From positions 29,419 to 93,418 of IMG/VR virus record IMGVR_UViG_3300033073_001657: a DNA stretch of 64,000 bases; one strand, 5' to 3'. Of this stretch, positions 28,953-38,752 are shown piece after piece. The DNA is from a virus. Lineage: Duplodnaviria > Heunggongvirae > Uroviricota > Caudoviricetes. How positions within the stretch are numbered: position 1 is the first letter of the stretch; each line of letters starts with the position of its first letter. The notes beneath the pieces are model-generated. The model saw only the letters and a program-made list of their open reading frames with translations. It was not told the DNA's origin and did not search any database. Made by a program: the position numbers and the translations under genes.

Positions 28953-30431
28953 ATGTTTAAGCCAATTTCGCTTTTTTACACCGATGGCTACAAGATCGGC
29001 CATCGTAAGATGTTATCTCCAGGAACAGATTTCCTTTATGGAACCTGGATTCCACGTAGCACAAAACATGCACCTAAGGGTATCACTAAAATCGTTTCTT
29101 TCGGTCAACAATTAGTTGTTCGATGGTTACATGACGAATTCGCTGAGAATTTCTTTAAACTTCCTAAAGACGAAGCTCTAAAGTTTGGTCAAGACATGTC
29201 GATGTATTTGGGTATGGAATTTGATGCATCACACTTTGCTGATCTTCATGATTTAGGTTACTTGCCTATTCGAATCAAGTCTCTACCTGAGGGAATTGAG
29301 ACTAGTCCAAATGTTCCTCACATGACATTCGTCAATACTGTCAATGGATTTGCATGGTTGACTCTTTATTTGGAGACAATCATCTCCTCTCTTGCATGGA
29401 AACCTGCGACATCAGCTACAATCGCTCTTCAGTACAAAAGAAACTTGGTGGAATGGGTAATGAAGACTGACCCTGCAAATGCTTGGTTAATTCCTTTCTT
29501 AGCTCACGACTTTAGCGCCAGAGGATTAAGCCCATGGGATATGTTATCTAGCGGACTTGGTCATGCTACCTCTTTTAGAGGCTCAGATTCAATCATCGTG
29601 ATTCCAGGAGCTCGATACTTCTATGGAGAACCAGAACATGAAGTTTGTATCAATTCAGTGAATGCTTCAGAGCACTCAGTGTCTACTACTTGTATCTTCA
29701 CGATGGGTGAATCGCAAATGTTAAAATACTTCATGGATCAGTTTCCTACTGGAATTCTTTCAGTTGTATCAGATACATTCGACCTATGGAAATTGATTAC
29801 TGAATACCTTCCTGAAAACAAGGAACAGATCATGTCACGTGATGGTAAATTAGTTATTCGTCCCGATTCTGGAAACCCAGTTGATATTCTTTGTGGATGG
29901 GGAGGGTTTGACCCTGAAGAGGAAAGTGAAGAAGCTAGAAACCAACCCCAAAATAAAGGAGTTATCGAATTACTTTGGGACATCTTCGGTGGAACCATCA
30001 ATGAACAGGGATTCAAAGTTCTAGATCCTCACATCGGTGCAATCTATGGAGATTCAATTACACTGGACCGTCAGATTCAAATCTATGAAAGATTGGCTGC
30101 AAAAGGATTCGCTGCAACAAATATCGTATTAGGTGTTGGATCATATACATATCAAATGAATACTCGAGACACTTTCGGATTTGCAGCTAAGGGTGCATGG
30201 TTTGAAGCAAATGGAGTAGGCTACGATATCTACAAAGATCCAATTACTGATGATGGAACTAAAAAGTCACTGAAAGGTCTGATCGCGGTAGATGAGGATC
30301 ATGTAGTACACACTCAATGTTCTTGGGAAGAGGAAGAGACTGGACTCTTACGTACTATTTATGAAGATGGAAAGTTCCTTAATGAGGACACTCTAACCCA
30401 GATTCGTGAACGATTAGACTCAGCAATATAA
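28953..30431 (+). CDS. nadV: nicotinamide phosphoribosyltransferase family (NAMPT/NadV; Namat-like)
   Basis: Motif-by-motif match to NAMPT: TDGYKIGH, LPIRIKSLPEGIE, LAHDFSARGLS, SVVSDTFDLW, LVIRPDSGNPVD and GVGYDIYKDPITD. Confidence 0.85.
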   Translation: MFKPISLFYTDGYKIGHRKMLSPGTDFLYGTWIPRSTKHAPKGITKIVSFGQQLVVRWLHDEFAENFFKLPKDEALKFGQDMSMYLGMEFDASHFADLHDLGYLPIRIKSLPEGIETSPNVPHMTFVNTVNGFAWLTLYLETIISSLAWKPATSATIALQYKRNLVEWVMKTDPANAWLIPFLAHDFSARGLSPWDMLSSGLGHATSFRGSDSIIVIPGARYFYGEPEHEVCINSVNASEHSVSTTCIFTMGESQMLKYFMDQFPTGILSVVSDTFDLWKLITEYLPENKEQIMSRDGKLVIRPDSGNPVDILCGWGGFDPEEESEEARNQPQNKGVIELLWDIFGGTINEQGFKVLDPHIGAIYGDSITLDRQIQIYERLAAKGFAATNIVLGVGSYTYQMNTRDTFGFAAKGAWFEANGVGYDIYKDPITDDGTKKSLKGLIAVDEDHVVHTQCSWEEEETGLLRTIYEDGKFLNEDTLTQIRERLDSAI

Positions 30432-30691
30432 TGAAACGATTAATTATCTTGAGTGCAGTTCTAGTTGGACTGCACTCTTGTGCCTTTGAAGACAAGGACA
30501 CTAAGAAGAACTCACCAGTCAAGTATTTAGATAAGTCTTCACAGTATTATGATAAGCAGTATGAAATATACATGTTAGACGGGTGTGAGTATATAGTAGT
30601 CAATCGAGGTATTACAAAATGGGGTTCACATAAAGGAGACTGTAAAAATCCAATACACATACATAATGGAGAAGTACATCCTTCTAATTGA
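30431..30691 (+). CDS. lipoprotein
   Basis: Signal peptide with a lipobox (LVGLHSC). Confidence 0.5.
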   Translation: MKRLIILSAVLVGLHSCAFEDKDTKKNSPVKYLDKSSQYYDKQYEIYMLDGCEYIVVNRGITKWGSHKGDCKNPIHIHNGEVHPSN

Positions 30692-31034
30692 TATCGATGG
30701 CACCATTTGTGAGGATATCAAGAATGAGGATTCTCATCTATACCATTCAGCCAGACCTATTGAGGGTGCTCGTGAACGGTGTAATGCGTGGTATAAGGCG
30801 GGTGCACAAATCCATTTCTTTACAGCTAGGGAATCTAAAGATCGTGAAGTGACTGAGTTATGGCTTCGTCGTGAAGGTTTTCAATATCATTCACTAGTAA
30901 TGGACAAACCTAGAATTAAGGAAGGCGAAGAGTATATCTGGATCGATAATCGAAAAGTCAGAGCAGTAACTTTTAAAGGATTATGGTCAGACCTGGTAGA
31001 ATATACAAAAAAGATTTTATCTTTTGAAGAATAA
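30666..31034 (+). CDS. small HAD-like phosphatase
   Basis: LLIDIDGTI matches the DxDGT motif. It is a paralog of ORFs 38770-39156 and 42531-42929. Confidence 0.55.
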   Translation: MEKYILLIDIDGTICEDIKNEDSHLYHSARPIEGARERCNAWYKAGAQIHFFTARESKDREVTELWLRREGFQYHSLVMDKPRIKEGEEYIWIDNRKVRAVTFKGLWSDLVEYTKKILSFEE

Positions 31035-31070
31035 TAGTATAATAATCAAATAATCAATTAAATTAAATAA

Positions 31071-32933
31071 ATGTTAGAAACAGTTTTAAATTATGCATGG
31101 ACGTTAATTCCATTTTTAGCTCTAGTGTTTTACAAATTCACATTAAGAGTATTTTTCGGTATGGTAATTATCCCAGAAGACAAGATCGGGTTAGTTACTA
31201 AAAAGTTTGTTCTCTTCGGAGCAAACCGCTCTCTACCTGATGGTAAAATCATTGCACTCAATGGTGAAGCCGGTTTCCAAGCAGACACTCTTGCTCCTGG
31301 TTTATATTGGGGCTTTTGGGTATGGCAGTATTCTATTGAACAGGCAAACTTAACGATCGTTGAAAAAGGTAAGATCGGTTTGATCTCAGCCAAGGACGGT
31401 GCTCAGCTTCCTACTGGTGCGATCTTAGCTCGACACGTAGAGTGTGATAATTTCCAAGATGCTCGTGCATTCTTAACAGGTGGAGGTCAACGTGGTAAGC
31501 AAGTAGGCTATTTAAACAATGGTGTGTATCGTATCAACCCACAGTTATTCGATATCTATGCTGCTGAAATTACTTATATCGAAGACGGACAGGTCGGAAT
31601 TATTACTGCACTTGATGGTGTTCCATTAGATCAAGGAAATATCGCTGGTAAGATGATCGAGGATCATAATAACTATCAAGATTTCGATAAGTTCTTGGAT
31701 CATGGGGGTCAACGTGGTCTACAGACACAAGTTATTCAAGCTGGTACATATACTCTAAGCCCATGGGCAGTACAAGTCGAAAAAGTACCAATGACTCAGA
31801 TTCCAATCGGTCATGTTGGAGTTGTTATCTCATTCGTTGGTGATGAAGGAGAGGATACTTCTGGAGATTCTTTTAAACACGGTAACATCGTGAAAAAAGG
31901 ACAAAAAGGTGTATGTATCACTCCATTAGATCCAGGTAAATACGCGATCAATCCATACACTCACAAGATCGAGGTGGTACCGACTACTAACTTGGTTCTT
32001 AACTGGGCGAATGCACGAAACGAGTCTCACCAGTTGGACAAAGGATTAAGTACAATCACAGTACGTTCTAAAGACGGTTTCCCATTCAACTTGGACGTAT
32101 CTCAAATCATCCATATCCCTGCAACTGAAGCGCCTAAAGTAATTGCACGATTCGGTTCAATGCAAAACTTGGTTTCTCAAGTATTAGAGCCGACTATCGG
32201 AAACTACTTCCGTAACTCTGCTCAAGACTCAGATGTGATCTCTTTCTTATCTACACGTCAAAAACGTCAGGATGCAGCTAAAGAGTCTATCTCTAAAGTA
32301 CTTGACGAATATAACGTACATGCAGTCGATACCTTAATTGGTGATATCACTCCACCTGCAGAATTGATGAAGACTCTTACTGATCGTAAGATTGCATCTG
32401 AAGAGGAGGTAACTTTCGAGACTCAACGTAAAGCTCAAGATCAACGTAAGACCTTAGAATCTGCAAAAGCATTGGCTGATATGCAAGGAAAAATGGTTGC
32501 TGCTCAACAGTCAGTAGAGATCTCACAACGTGAAGCTGAAGCTGCCGTTAAGAGATCTGAGGGTGAAGCTCAAGCGACTAAGTTGAAAGCTGGTGCTCAG
32601 GCTGAGGCTAAGAAAATGATGGCCGAAGCGGATGCTGCTCAAATCGAATTGACTGGTGCTGCTGAAGCAAGTAAGATCGAAGCGATCGGTAAGGCAACTG
32701 CTGAAGCGTATGACTTACAAGTTAAGGCAATGGGCGAGGACAACTTCGGTAAATTGAAAGTCACTGAGATGATCGGTACGAACGGCATCAAAATTATCCC
32801 AGAGATCCTGATCTCAGGTAATGATGGAGCCGGTTCAATCAATGGCTTACTTGGAATGGAAATGTTAAAACAAATCCAAGAGAAGAAAAAATCTGAAATT
32901 GCACCGACTAGTGTAACTCCTCCGACTGAGTAA
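31071..32933 (+). CDS. flotillin/SPFH(band-7)-like membrane protein
   Basis: N-terminal transmembrane helix and an internal duplicated GGQRG motif. The C-terminal coiled coil carries Ala/Glu-rich AEA repeats like the flotillin C-terminus. Confidence 0.4.
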   Translation: MLETVLNYAWTLIPFLALVFYKFTLRVFFGMVIIPEDKIGLVTKKFVLFGANRSLPDGKIIALNGEAGFQADTLAPGLYWGFWVWQYSIEQANLTIVEKGKIGLISAKDGAQLPTGAILARHVECDNFQDARAFLTGGGQRGKQVGYLNNGVYRINPQLFDIYAAEITYIEDGQVGIITALDGVPLDQGNIAGKMIEDHNNYQDFDKFLDHGGQRGLQTQVIQAGTYTLSPWAVQVEKVPMTQIPIGHVGVVISFVGDEGEDTSGDSFKHGNIVKKGQKGVCITPLDPGKYAINPYTHKIEVVPTTNLVLNWANARNESHQLDKGLSTITVRSKDGFPFNLDVSQIIHIPATEAPKVIARFGSMQNLVSQVLEPTIGNYFRNSAQDSDVISFLSTRQKRQDAAKESISKVLDEYNVHAVDTLIGDITPPAELMKTLTDRKIASEEEVTFETQRKAQDQRKTLESAKALADMQGKMVAAQQSVEISQREAEAAVKRSEGEAQATKLKAGAQAEAKKMMAEADAAQIELTGAAEASKIEAIGKATAEAYDLQVKAMGEDNFGKLKVTEMIGTNGIKIIPEILISGNDGAGSINGLLGMEMLKQIQEKKKSEIAPTSVTPPTE

Positions 32934-32954
32934 TCAGTCCTCATATACCGACCG

Positions 32955-32983
32955 AGAGCTTGCTAATCGCAAGCTCTTTTTCG
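32955..32983 (+). terminator. rho-independent terminator
   Basis: Stem agagcttgc / gcaagctct followed by ttttc. Confidence 0.6.
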
Positions 32984-33015
32984 GGTTAAGAAGAGATAGA
33001 AATAACAAATTAGAA

Positions 33016-33417
33016 ATGAAAGTATACTGTAAATCTTGCGAAAAACCTACATCACATCGTCAAAAGCTACACGATATCGTGTGCGATAAATGTGATATCT
33101 GTAACTATCCAATCTTCCTTCAGAGGATCGGAGATGGACGCAGTAATGTTGGAAAGAAGTTGATATGGGTTGAATGGACTGAGGAAGGTCGAGGAAAGGC
33201 TGTACACACCGAGCCTCAAGTAGGATTTAGTTTATGTTTAGATCCGTATACTATTAAGTCTAGTACTGAAAACTTGCCGAGTGCTTCAGGTTTCGGTTGG
33301 ATGACGACTGAAGTCACTGAAATCTTAGAAGATAAGAAGTCTAAGGAATATCGTAAGATCCATTTCAAGACCAAGAATTCAGAATATGTTTTACATGTAA
33401 CAACAATTGAATCATGA
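33016..33417 (+). CDS. zinc-ribbon protein
   Basis: CKSCEK...CDKCDIC. Confidence 0.5.
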   Translation: MKVYCKSCEKPTSHRQKLHDIVCDKCDICNYPIFLQRIGDGRSNVGKKLIWVEWTEEGRGKAVHTEPQVGFSLCLDPYTIKSSTENLPSASGFGWMTTEVTEILEDKKSKEYRKIHFKTKNSEYVLHVTTIES

Positions 33418-33590
33418 CAATTTTATTTTTAATACTTGTATTAATCGTTCTAAATCTAGGCTGTTGGATCTTCTCAACATCTACCCTAGTGAACGGTGAA
33501 CATAATCGAACTGCATTCATTGTAAAATCGATCTTTTACTGGATCTCAGTAATTGCAAACGTTTCAATAGGAATCTTATTAATGACCATA
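33414..33590 (+). CDS. small two-TM membrane protein (58 aa)
   Basis: An ATGA overlap joins it to the upstream stop. It is not in the ORF track because it is shorter than 60 aa. Confidence 0.35.
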
Positions 33591-33790
33591 TGACAGACTG
33601 GAAAGAAATACCAAGCACAGCTCAGTGTTTTCAATTAGACGAAGAACCTGAACTAATCCATGTAATTAAGACTGGATTTAGAGATATGTACATGATAGTT
33701 CATGAAGATGCATATGAATATTCAATAGGAAAAGTTGAATTCGGAACCAAAAGAGATATTGAAGTAAGATATAAAATAAAAATTAATTAA
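33590..33790 (+). CDS. hypothetical protein
   Basis: 66-aa ORF. Confidence 0.4.
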   Translation: MTDWKEIPSTAQCFQLDEEPELIHVIKTGFRDMYMIVHEDAYEYSIGKVEFGTKRDIEVRYKIKIN

Positions 33791-34207
33791 ATGGACTCTA
33801 AAAGAATCATCTTAAACCAGATCAAGACACCAGACGGTACGATCTTAAAATCCATGCACCGACATGACTATGTGACATATACTGATAAAAACGGTCTTGA
33901 ATATATGGTCGATGGGGGTCATGACTATTTACGTCGTATTGTTCATGACTCCGCTCCATATGAAGAGTTAACAGTATATGAAGATGCTCCGTTCGAGGAG
34001 ATTCGTGAAGCTTTCCACAGAGGAGGTCGAGGCAAGGATGGGCTACAACCATTAACTTGGGTACCAATGTCAAAGATGAGTAATAACTGGTTACTTGCGT
34101 GTATCACATACAATGAGGAACGTGGACTTGGAGAAAGTTTCGCAAATGACATGTACAAGAAAGAATTAATGTACCGTCAGGAAAAAGGAATTGAAATAGA
34201 AGATTAG
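33791..34207 (+). CDS. hypothetical protein
   Basis: 138-aa ORF. Confidence 0.45.
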   Translation: MDSKRIILNQIKTPDGTILKSMHRHDYVTYTDKNGLEYMVDGGHDYLRRIVHDSAPYEELTVYEDAPFEEIREAFHRGGRGKDGLQPLTWVPMSKMSNNWLLACITYNEERGLGESFANDMYKKELMYRQEKGIEIED

Positions 34208-34791
34208 GTAAGAAGATCAGCTACTAACGTGTCTCGAGTAACATCAGCTTTAATTTTCTTAGCTGCTGCAATAAAGCCTTTAATATAACCTTCTGTATCA
34301 TTTTCATTAGGCGGAGCATAAGTATAGAAAAATTGAGCAATCGTAGGTTTAGCTCCCTTAACATACTTCTTTCCGCCTTTGCTTGAAACGATTAATGTCT
34401 GATTACCGGCAGTTGGTGGCATTCCGCCATTTGCCCATTTAATTATCTTCTTTTCGATTAGTGCTTTTGCTCCTAACTCAGGTTTAGAAAAAGCAGCATA
34501 TCTACCGGGTGTTCCATCTAATTTAGTTTCAACCTTAACTGCAGGATCAATATCTTTAAAGTCAGTTCCATCAAGATTTCCTGGGTTGTTATTACGATAT
34601 GATCTAGTTCCCTTTCCGCCATTCGGTTTAGGATCCCATCCTTCTTTATTTGCAATAATTTTTGCTATTTCAAATGGAGCAGATCCGACTGCATATCCGC
34701 TTGCAGCGATAACTGAATCTATGTTGTTCTTGTTTACATTAGTTGTTTCACTCTCATTAATGTGGTTTAACCATTGATTGAAATTTAACAT
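34204..34791 (-). CDS. virion protein candidate with CTS (MLNFNQWLNHINE)
   Basis: 195-aa ORF. Confidence 0.55.
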   Translation of the reverse strand: MLNFNQWLNHINESETTNVNKNNIDSVIAASGYAVGSAPFEIAKIIANKEGWDPKPNGGKGTRSYRNNNPGNLDGTDFKDIDPAVKVETKLDGTPGRYAAFSKPELGAKALIEKKIIKWANGGMPPTAGNQTLIVSSKGGKKYVKGAKPTIAQFFYTYAPPNENDTEGYIKGFIAAAKKIKADVTRDTLVADLLT

Positions 34792-34807
34792 TCGTATTTA
34801 GTTTAAT

Positions 34808-36181
34808 TTAAAATAACCAGTTTCCTGATGATTGACCTTTTGCGGATGACGTTCTTTTAAATTCATTATCGGCATCATCCATTGTAACTCCCAATAAACC
34901 TGCAATACTGATTTCAGGAGCTTTAATCTTACCTGTTACTAAGTATGCTGCAAACTTATCGATTGCTCCATCTAGTGTATGTGTAGCGATAATGCTAGGA
35001 ATAGAAGCATACTCACCAGCGATTGGCAATTCTCTTTTATATTTTTCAGCCTGTGCCTCTCTAAATCCAGTTTCAGGATCAGTTCCCTCTTCGTCTGGAC
35101 TAAATTTTTTAGTACTTACTTTATACGGTCTTAACCAGAATGCTCGACTTGAAGCCTCTTGATTTTCTTTTTCTAACTCAAAGCCAGAAGTCTTAGTATA
35201 TGCACTAGGAGCTCCTTGAACTCGGCCTCGGCCTTCTTCAAAAAGTTCTTTTCTAAATTCTGCGAAGTTATGATATAGCCAGTATTGTGCGCGACCTGCA
35301 TCTGAACCCAATGCTGTCGCTAGTTCATCAAACTCTGGATCTTTTACGTTAGATGAGTGTTCATTATCAATCGCATTGATTAGTCTCTCCTGAATTTGAG
35401 GTTTAGCTTTAGCTACGATCTTTGCAAATCTGCTAGCAAACACTCTTAGGAACTCAGTCGAAGTCGTCTCACCTTTTGCTGAAGTTCGGGTTTCTCTAGT
35501 TGTTCGAGGCTCAGTTGCTGGAGTCACAGGTAAAACATAAACATATAATGGTTTCTCTAAAGAAGGAGCATATTTCTTTTCTCCTTGTCTAGTCATTGCT
35601 CTAACGAATTCTTGAATCTTACCGTTAGTGTTTCCTCCTTTTGTATCGTGAACTCCTCTTAATTGAGAACGGTCAACTCCACTAGTAGTCAACTCAGAAT
35701 ATCCATAATCAATTACCTTCTTTCTTTCAGGATCCCATGCCATTACTGCATATTGTTCTCCAGTAGCGCCTTTACTTGGCTGTTTGTGATATAGGAACAT
35801 AAAGAAATCGATCTCTTTATTTATAATAAAGATTCTAATCTCACCAAATGGAATAGATTGTAGGTACCATGCAAAATCCGTATACTCACTCTTAACCTCC
35901 TTGTCTTGGAATGGACTACGATTTGACTTACGGCCTCTCAACTTAATTGGTTCAGGAATCTCAATGTCTGGCGAAGGGATATAATACTTATACGGCATCG
36001 GAATAGCCGCTCTAGATTTATATGTGTGACCCATTTGAGGATACTTTTCAGTGTAGTGCTCTTCCTTAGTATGGATCTTTCTGATCATATCTTTAGGAAG
36101 ACCTAATTGACTTAAGTTTGAGTCTTCAAATATAGCAAACGACTCAAACGTCGGCGCACAATAAATATCTCTTTTAGACAT
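34808..36181 (-). CDS. hypothetical virion-block protein
   Basis: 457-aa ORF. Late box at 36191-36206 upstream. Confidence 0.5.
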   Translation of the reverse strand: MSKRDIYCAPTFESFAIFEDSNLSQLGLPKDMIRKIHTKEEHYTEKYPQMGHTYKSRAAIPMPYKYYIPSPDIEIPEPIKLRGRKSNRSPFQDKEVKSEYTDFAWYLQSIPFGEIRIFIINKEIDFFMFLYHKQPSKGATGEQYAVMAWDPERKKVIDYGYSELTTSGVDRSQLRGVHDTKGGNTNGKIQEFVRAMTRQGEKKYAPSLEKPLYVYVLPVTPATEPRTTRETRTSAKGETTSTEFLRVFASRFAKIVAKAKPQIQERLINAIDNEHSSNVKDPEFDELATALGSDAGRAQYWLYHNFAEFRKELFEEGRGRVQGAPSAYTKTSGFELEKENQEASSRAFWLRPYKVSTKKFSPDEEGTDPETGFREAQAEKYKRELPIAGEYASIPSIIATHTLDGAIDKFAAYLVTGKIKAPEISIAGLLGVTMDDADNEFKRTSSAKGQSSGNWLF

Positions 36182-36197
36182 TGTATTAAGTTTTTTA

Positions 36198-37340
36198 TTA
36201 TTTATCTTCAGGCTCTTCTAGATTGTCTTCGATTCGGTCATCTGTTTGAGCAGGTTGACCGGCCTGTAAGAATTCTACAAATCCTTGAACAGTTTTTGTG
36301 TCTGCGACAAATGGATGCTTTCCTCCTTTAATATCTGTGTAGTCTTTAGTTGGCATTCTATATAAAACATAAAATGCAAATCGAGTATCGACATTTGGTC
36401 TCTTCTTGTCTAGGCCAGCAACAATTTCCTCAATATTACGGCGAATCGTCCGCATATCTGTCCCAGAATGTTTATTGTCATCGATAATTAACATTCTGCT
36501 GCCATTCACGGCACAGTCAACGACTGCTTCTATGAATGACGTAGTCTCGTAGTCATATTTGTCTTTCCACATGCTTCGAGCACCTCCAAAATTTATACCT
36601 GAACTTCTTACTATAAATGGCTTGGCCGGCTTATTATTAACAATGTCTCTCCAGACTATTCCATATGCTGCAACCGCTCGTCTAAGTTCATCTACTGTTG
36701 TCGCTGCCGTAATTGCTGCTTTAAGCTCAGGCGGAGTCTGTTCTTTATCAATATAGTCATATATCGTGTTTTTAGCTTTCCTAAAAGTTGCCGCGCCATT
36801 TCTATCTACTTGGCTATTTACTTCTTTCCAATCAAATGCATCATATGCATCAAAATAAACAACTTTAGGTAATTCAATAATTTTTACACTTGAACCTACT
36901 GTTTGTGAAATTGCAGTTGCCATTGAATTTACTAAACCTGCAGTCGAACCAACTGTGACTACGTAGTCTGGTCTAAAATTAGAAGTTATTCCTACTCTTC
37001 TAAATGATCCTTTAATAAAATCATTTAAACTTGATGGCATGTCGGCAATTTCGCCATTCTTTAATTTATCCATAGTATATTTTATTCTACCTGGATGATC
37101 TATCTTTGGAGAAATATTATCTGGTCCTAATCCCCAAAAAATCGGCCATGACCATAAGTCAGGTCGTTTATCATCTTTACCTGAAGTGAAAGTTCCTTCT
37201 GCATGAGATCTGCCAGAATCAGCTGTCTTTAAGACCTCGGCCGGATTATTTCTATCATCTGCATATTGTAGATGAACAAGACCGTCCTGTCCAAGATACG
37301 CGCCTTCATTGATAAATTGATTGAATGATAATAGTTCCAT
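36198..37340 (-). CDS. virion protein candidate with CTS (MELLSFNQFINEG), weak PRTase-like loop
   Basis: 380 aa. MLIIDDNKHSGTD resembles the PRPP-binding loop hhIVDDhhxTGxT. Late box at 37343-37356. Confidence 0.55.
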   Translation of the reverse strand: MELLSFNQFINEGAYLGQDGLVHLQYADDRNNPAEVLKTADSGRSHAEGTFTSGKDDKRPDLWSWPIFWGLGPDNISPKIDHPGRIKYTMDKLKNGEIADMPSSLNDFIKGSFRRVGITSNFRPDYVVTVGSTAGLVNSMATAISQTVGSSVKIIELPKVVYFDAYDAFDWKEVNSQVDRNGAATFRKAKNTIYDYIDKEQTPPELKAAITAATTVDELRRAVAAYGIVWRDIVNNKPAKPFIVRSSGINFGGARSMWKDKYDYETTSFIEAVVDCAVNGSRMLIIDDNKHSGTDMRTIRRNIEEIVAGLDKKRPNVDTRFAFYVLYRMPTKDYTDIKGGKHPFVADTKTVQGFVEFLQAGQPAQTDDRIEDNLEEPEDK

Positions 37341-37349
37341 ATTGTTTAT

Positions 37350-37784
37350 TTATTCTTCTATAAATGCTCGAATATCTTCTCCATCTGGATTATCTAGGGT
37401 CCAACATGCATCTCCGATTGAACTACTTGCACAATCAATAGTAGTGTCCTTCTTCAGTTTTGCCCAAATCTTATCGACCATTGGATTTTGACGACGACCT
37501 TTGCCTGAATAGAGATGACCGAGTCGATCAATTAGCGCTCGATAGATCTTGGTGGCAAGCCCCATTCCTCTAAGGTTCTCGTCAAGAGTTATGTGAGGTT
37601 GATATAAGTAATCATGAATTACCTGAAGGGTTAATACTATTCCTGGATTAGGAACATCCTCTCCAGGTAAAATAACTCCCAGATTCATTAAGTTACCCTC
37701 TGATTCTAATCTCACGAATCTTATCCCTTGCCAATTTAGATCTTGACTAAAAAATTCTTCTCTTTCTAGGATATGTTTTAACAC
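37350..37784 (-). CDS. hypothetical protein (GTG start)
   Basis: 144 aa. Late box AATAAATAACTAAAAG at 37793-37808. Confidence 0.45.
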   Translation of the reverse strand: MLKHILEREEFFSQDLNWQGIRFVRLESEGNLMNLGVILPGEDVPNPGIVLTLQVIHDYLYQPHITLDENLRGMGLATKIYRALIDRLGHLYSGKGRRQNPMVDKIWAKLKKDTTIDCASSSIGDACWTLDNPDGEDIRAFIEE

Positions 37785-37819
37785 TTAAAAATCTTTTAGT
37801 TATTTATTATAAAAGAGAG

Positions 37820-38326
37820 ATGGAAAAGATTATAACATTCACTAAAGTTAAGCTTCCATATGGTTGGTTGGGCAACATGTCCCCATATCCAATTGAATAT
37901 GATGGCAAGGAATGGAGAACGACGGAAGCCTTGTTCCAAGCGCTTCGATTTGAGGATGAAGATATACGTGAATTGATACGAAGTCAAAAGTCTCCGATGG
38001 CTGCAAAGATGATGGCAAAGAAACATCGTGAGTCAATGAAAGTTGAGCCACTTTCTGATGAAGACTATGGCAACATGGCCTTATGCTTGATCCTAAAACT
38101 CAAACATCATCCTGAACTAATAGATGCTCTTCTTGAAACTGGAGATTCAGTAATCGTTGAGGACGTTACTTCTAGGGGATCAAGAGGATCTAATCTTTAT
38201 TGGGGAGCGATGCTCGATGAGAATGGAAACTGGATCGGAGAAAATAAACTTGGAAGATCTTGGATGTATCTTAGAGAATTATATCAAGTTAGTGTAAACT
38301 CTCCTGAAAAAGAGAGTACAATATAA
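37820..38326 (+). CDS. NADAR (YbiA-like, DUF1768) domain protein
   Basis: [30 protein letters not shown]...SP..AK matches the NADAR consensus W.SN..P....G..y.s.Eh.fqa.kf. Confidence 0.55.
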   Translation: MEKIITFTKVKLPYGWLGNMSPYPIEYDGKEWRTTEALFQALRFEDEDIRELIRSQKSPMAAKMMAKKHRESMKVEPLSDEDYGNMALCLILKLKHHPELIDALLETGDSVIVEDVTSRGSRGSNLYWGAMLDENGNWIGENKLGRSWMYLRELYQVSVNSPEKESTI

Positions 38327-38334
38327 AAGTTCTT

Positions 38335-38752
38335 TGAATATTGCATGAGCAGGTAGGAATTGGGTATGAATAAGCAACCTTGTGTTCTCAAGGCGCCCTT
38401 TGACCGAAAGCTCTGCTCTTAACTACTGACTGAATGTTGACACAGAGGAAACAATAGACGCTATCAAACCTTGGGGGTCTTTAACTTTGATAAGGACTCA
38501 GCAAGTTAGGAGGAACGGAATTGGGACATTGGGGTAATAACACGTCGAGCGACTGACACAAAAGGCCGAACCTTTGTCTGAAACTGTTTACAGCCAAGAG
38601 TATTCGATTCGATGCATAGTGTCGAGTCAACGGTAAGGTATTTGATTCCTTGAGGCTAATCATTCTGAATGGAGCCAAGATTAGGTAGAATATTCCAATT
38701 GGAAATGGATCAAGTAGTTATTAAGGCCCCTTCGGGGGCCTTTTTATTTTTG
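38335..38752 (+). ncRNA. candidate structured non-coding RNA (unclassified)
   Basis: About 430 bp with no credible ORF and visibly higher GC than the flanks. It contains local hairpins and ends in a strong UUCG-loop terminator at 38723-38752. Confidence 0.3.
38723..38752 (+). terminator. rho-independent terminator
   Basis: Stem aaggcccc / ggggcctt with loop ttcg, followed by tttttatttttg. Confidence 0.7.

Noticed and set aside
38481-38678. 65-aa minus-strand ORF inside the ncRNA candidate
   Set aside because: It has no upstream promoter box or start context and unremarkable composition. It most likely arises by chance inside a non-coding region.
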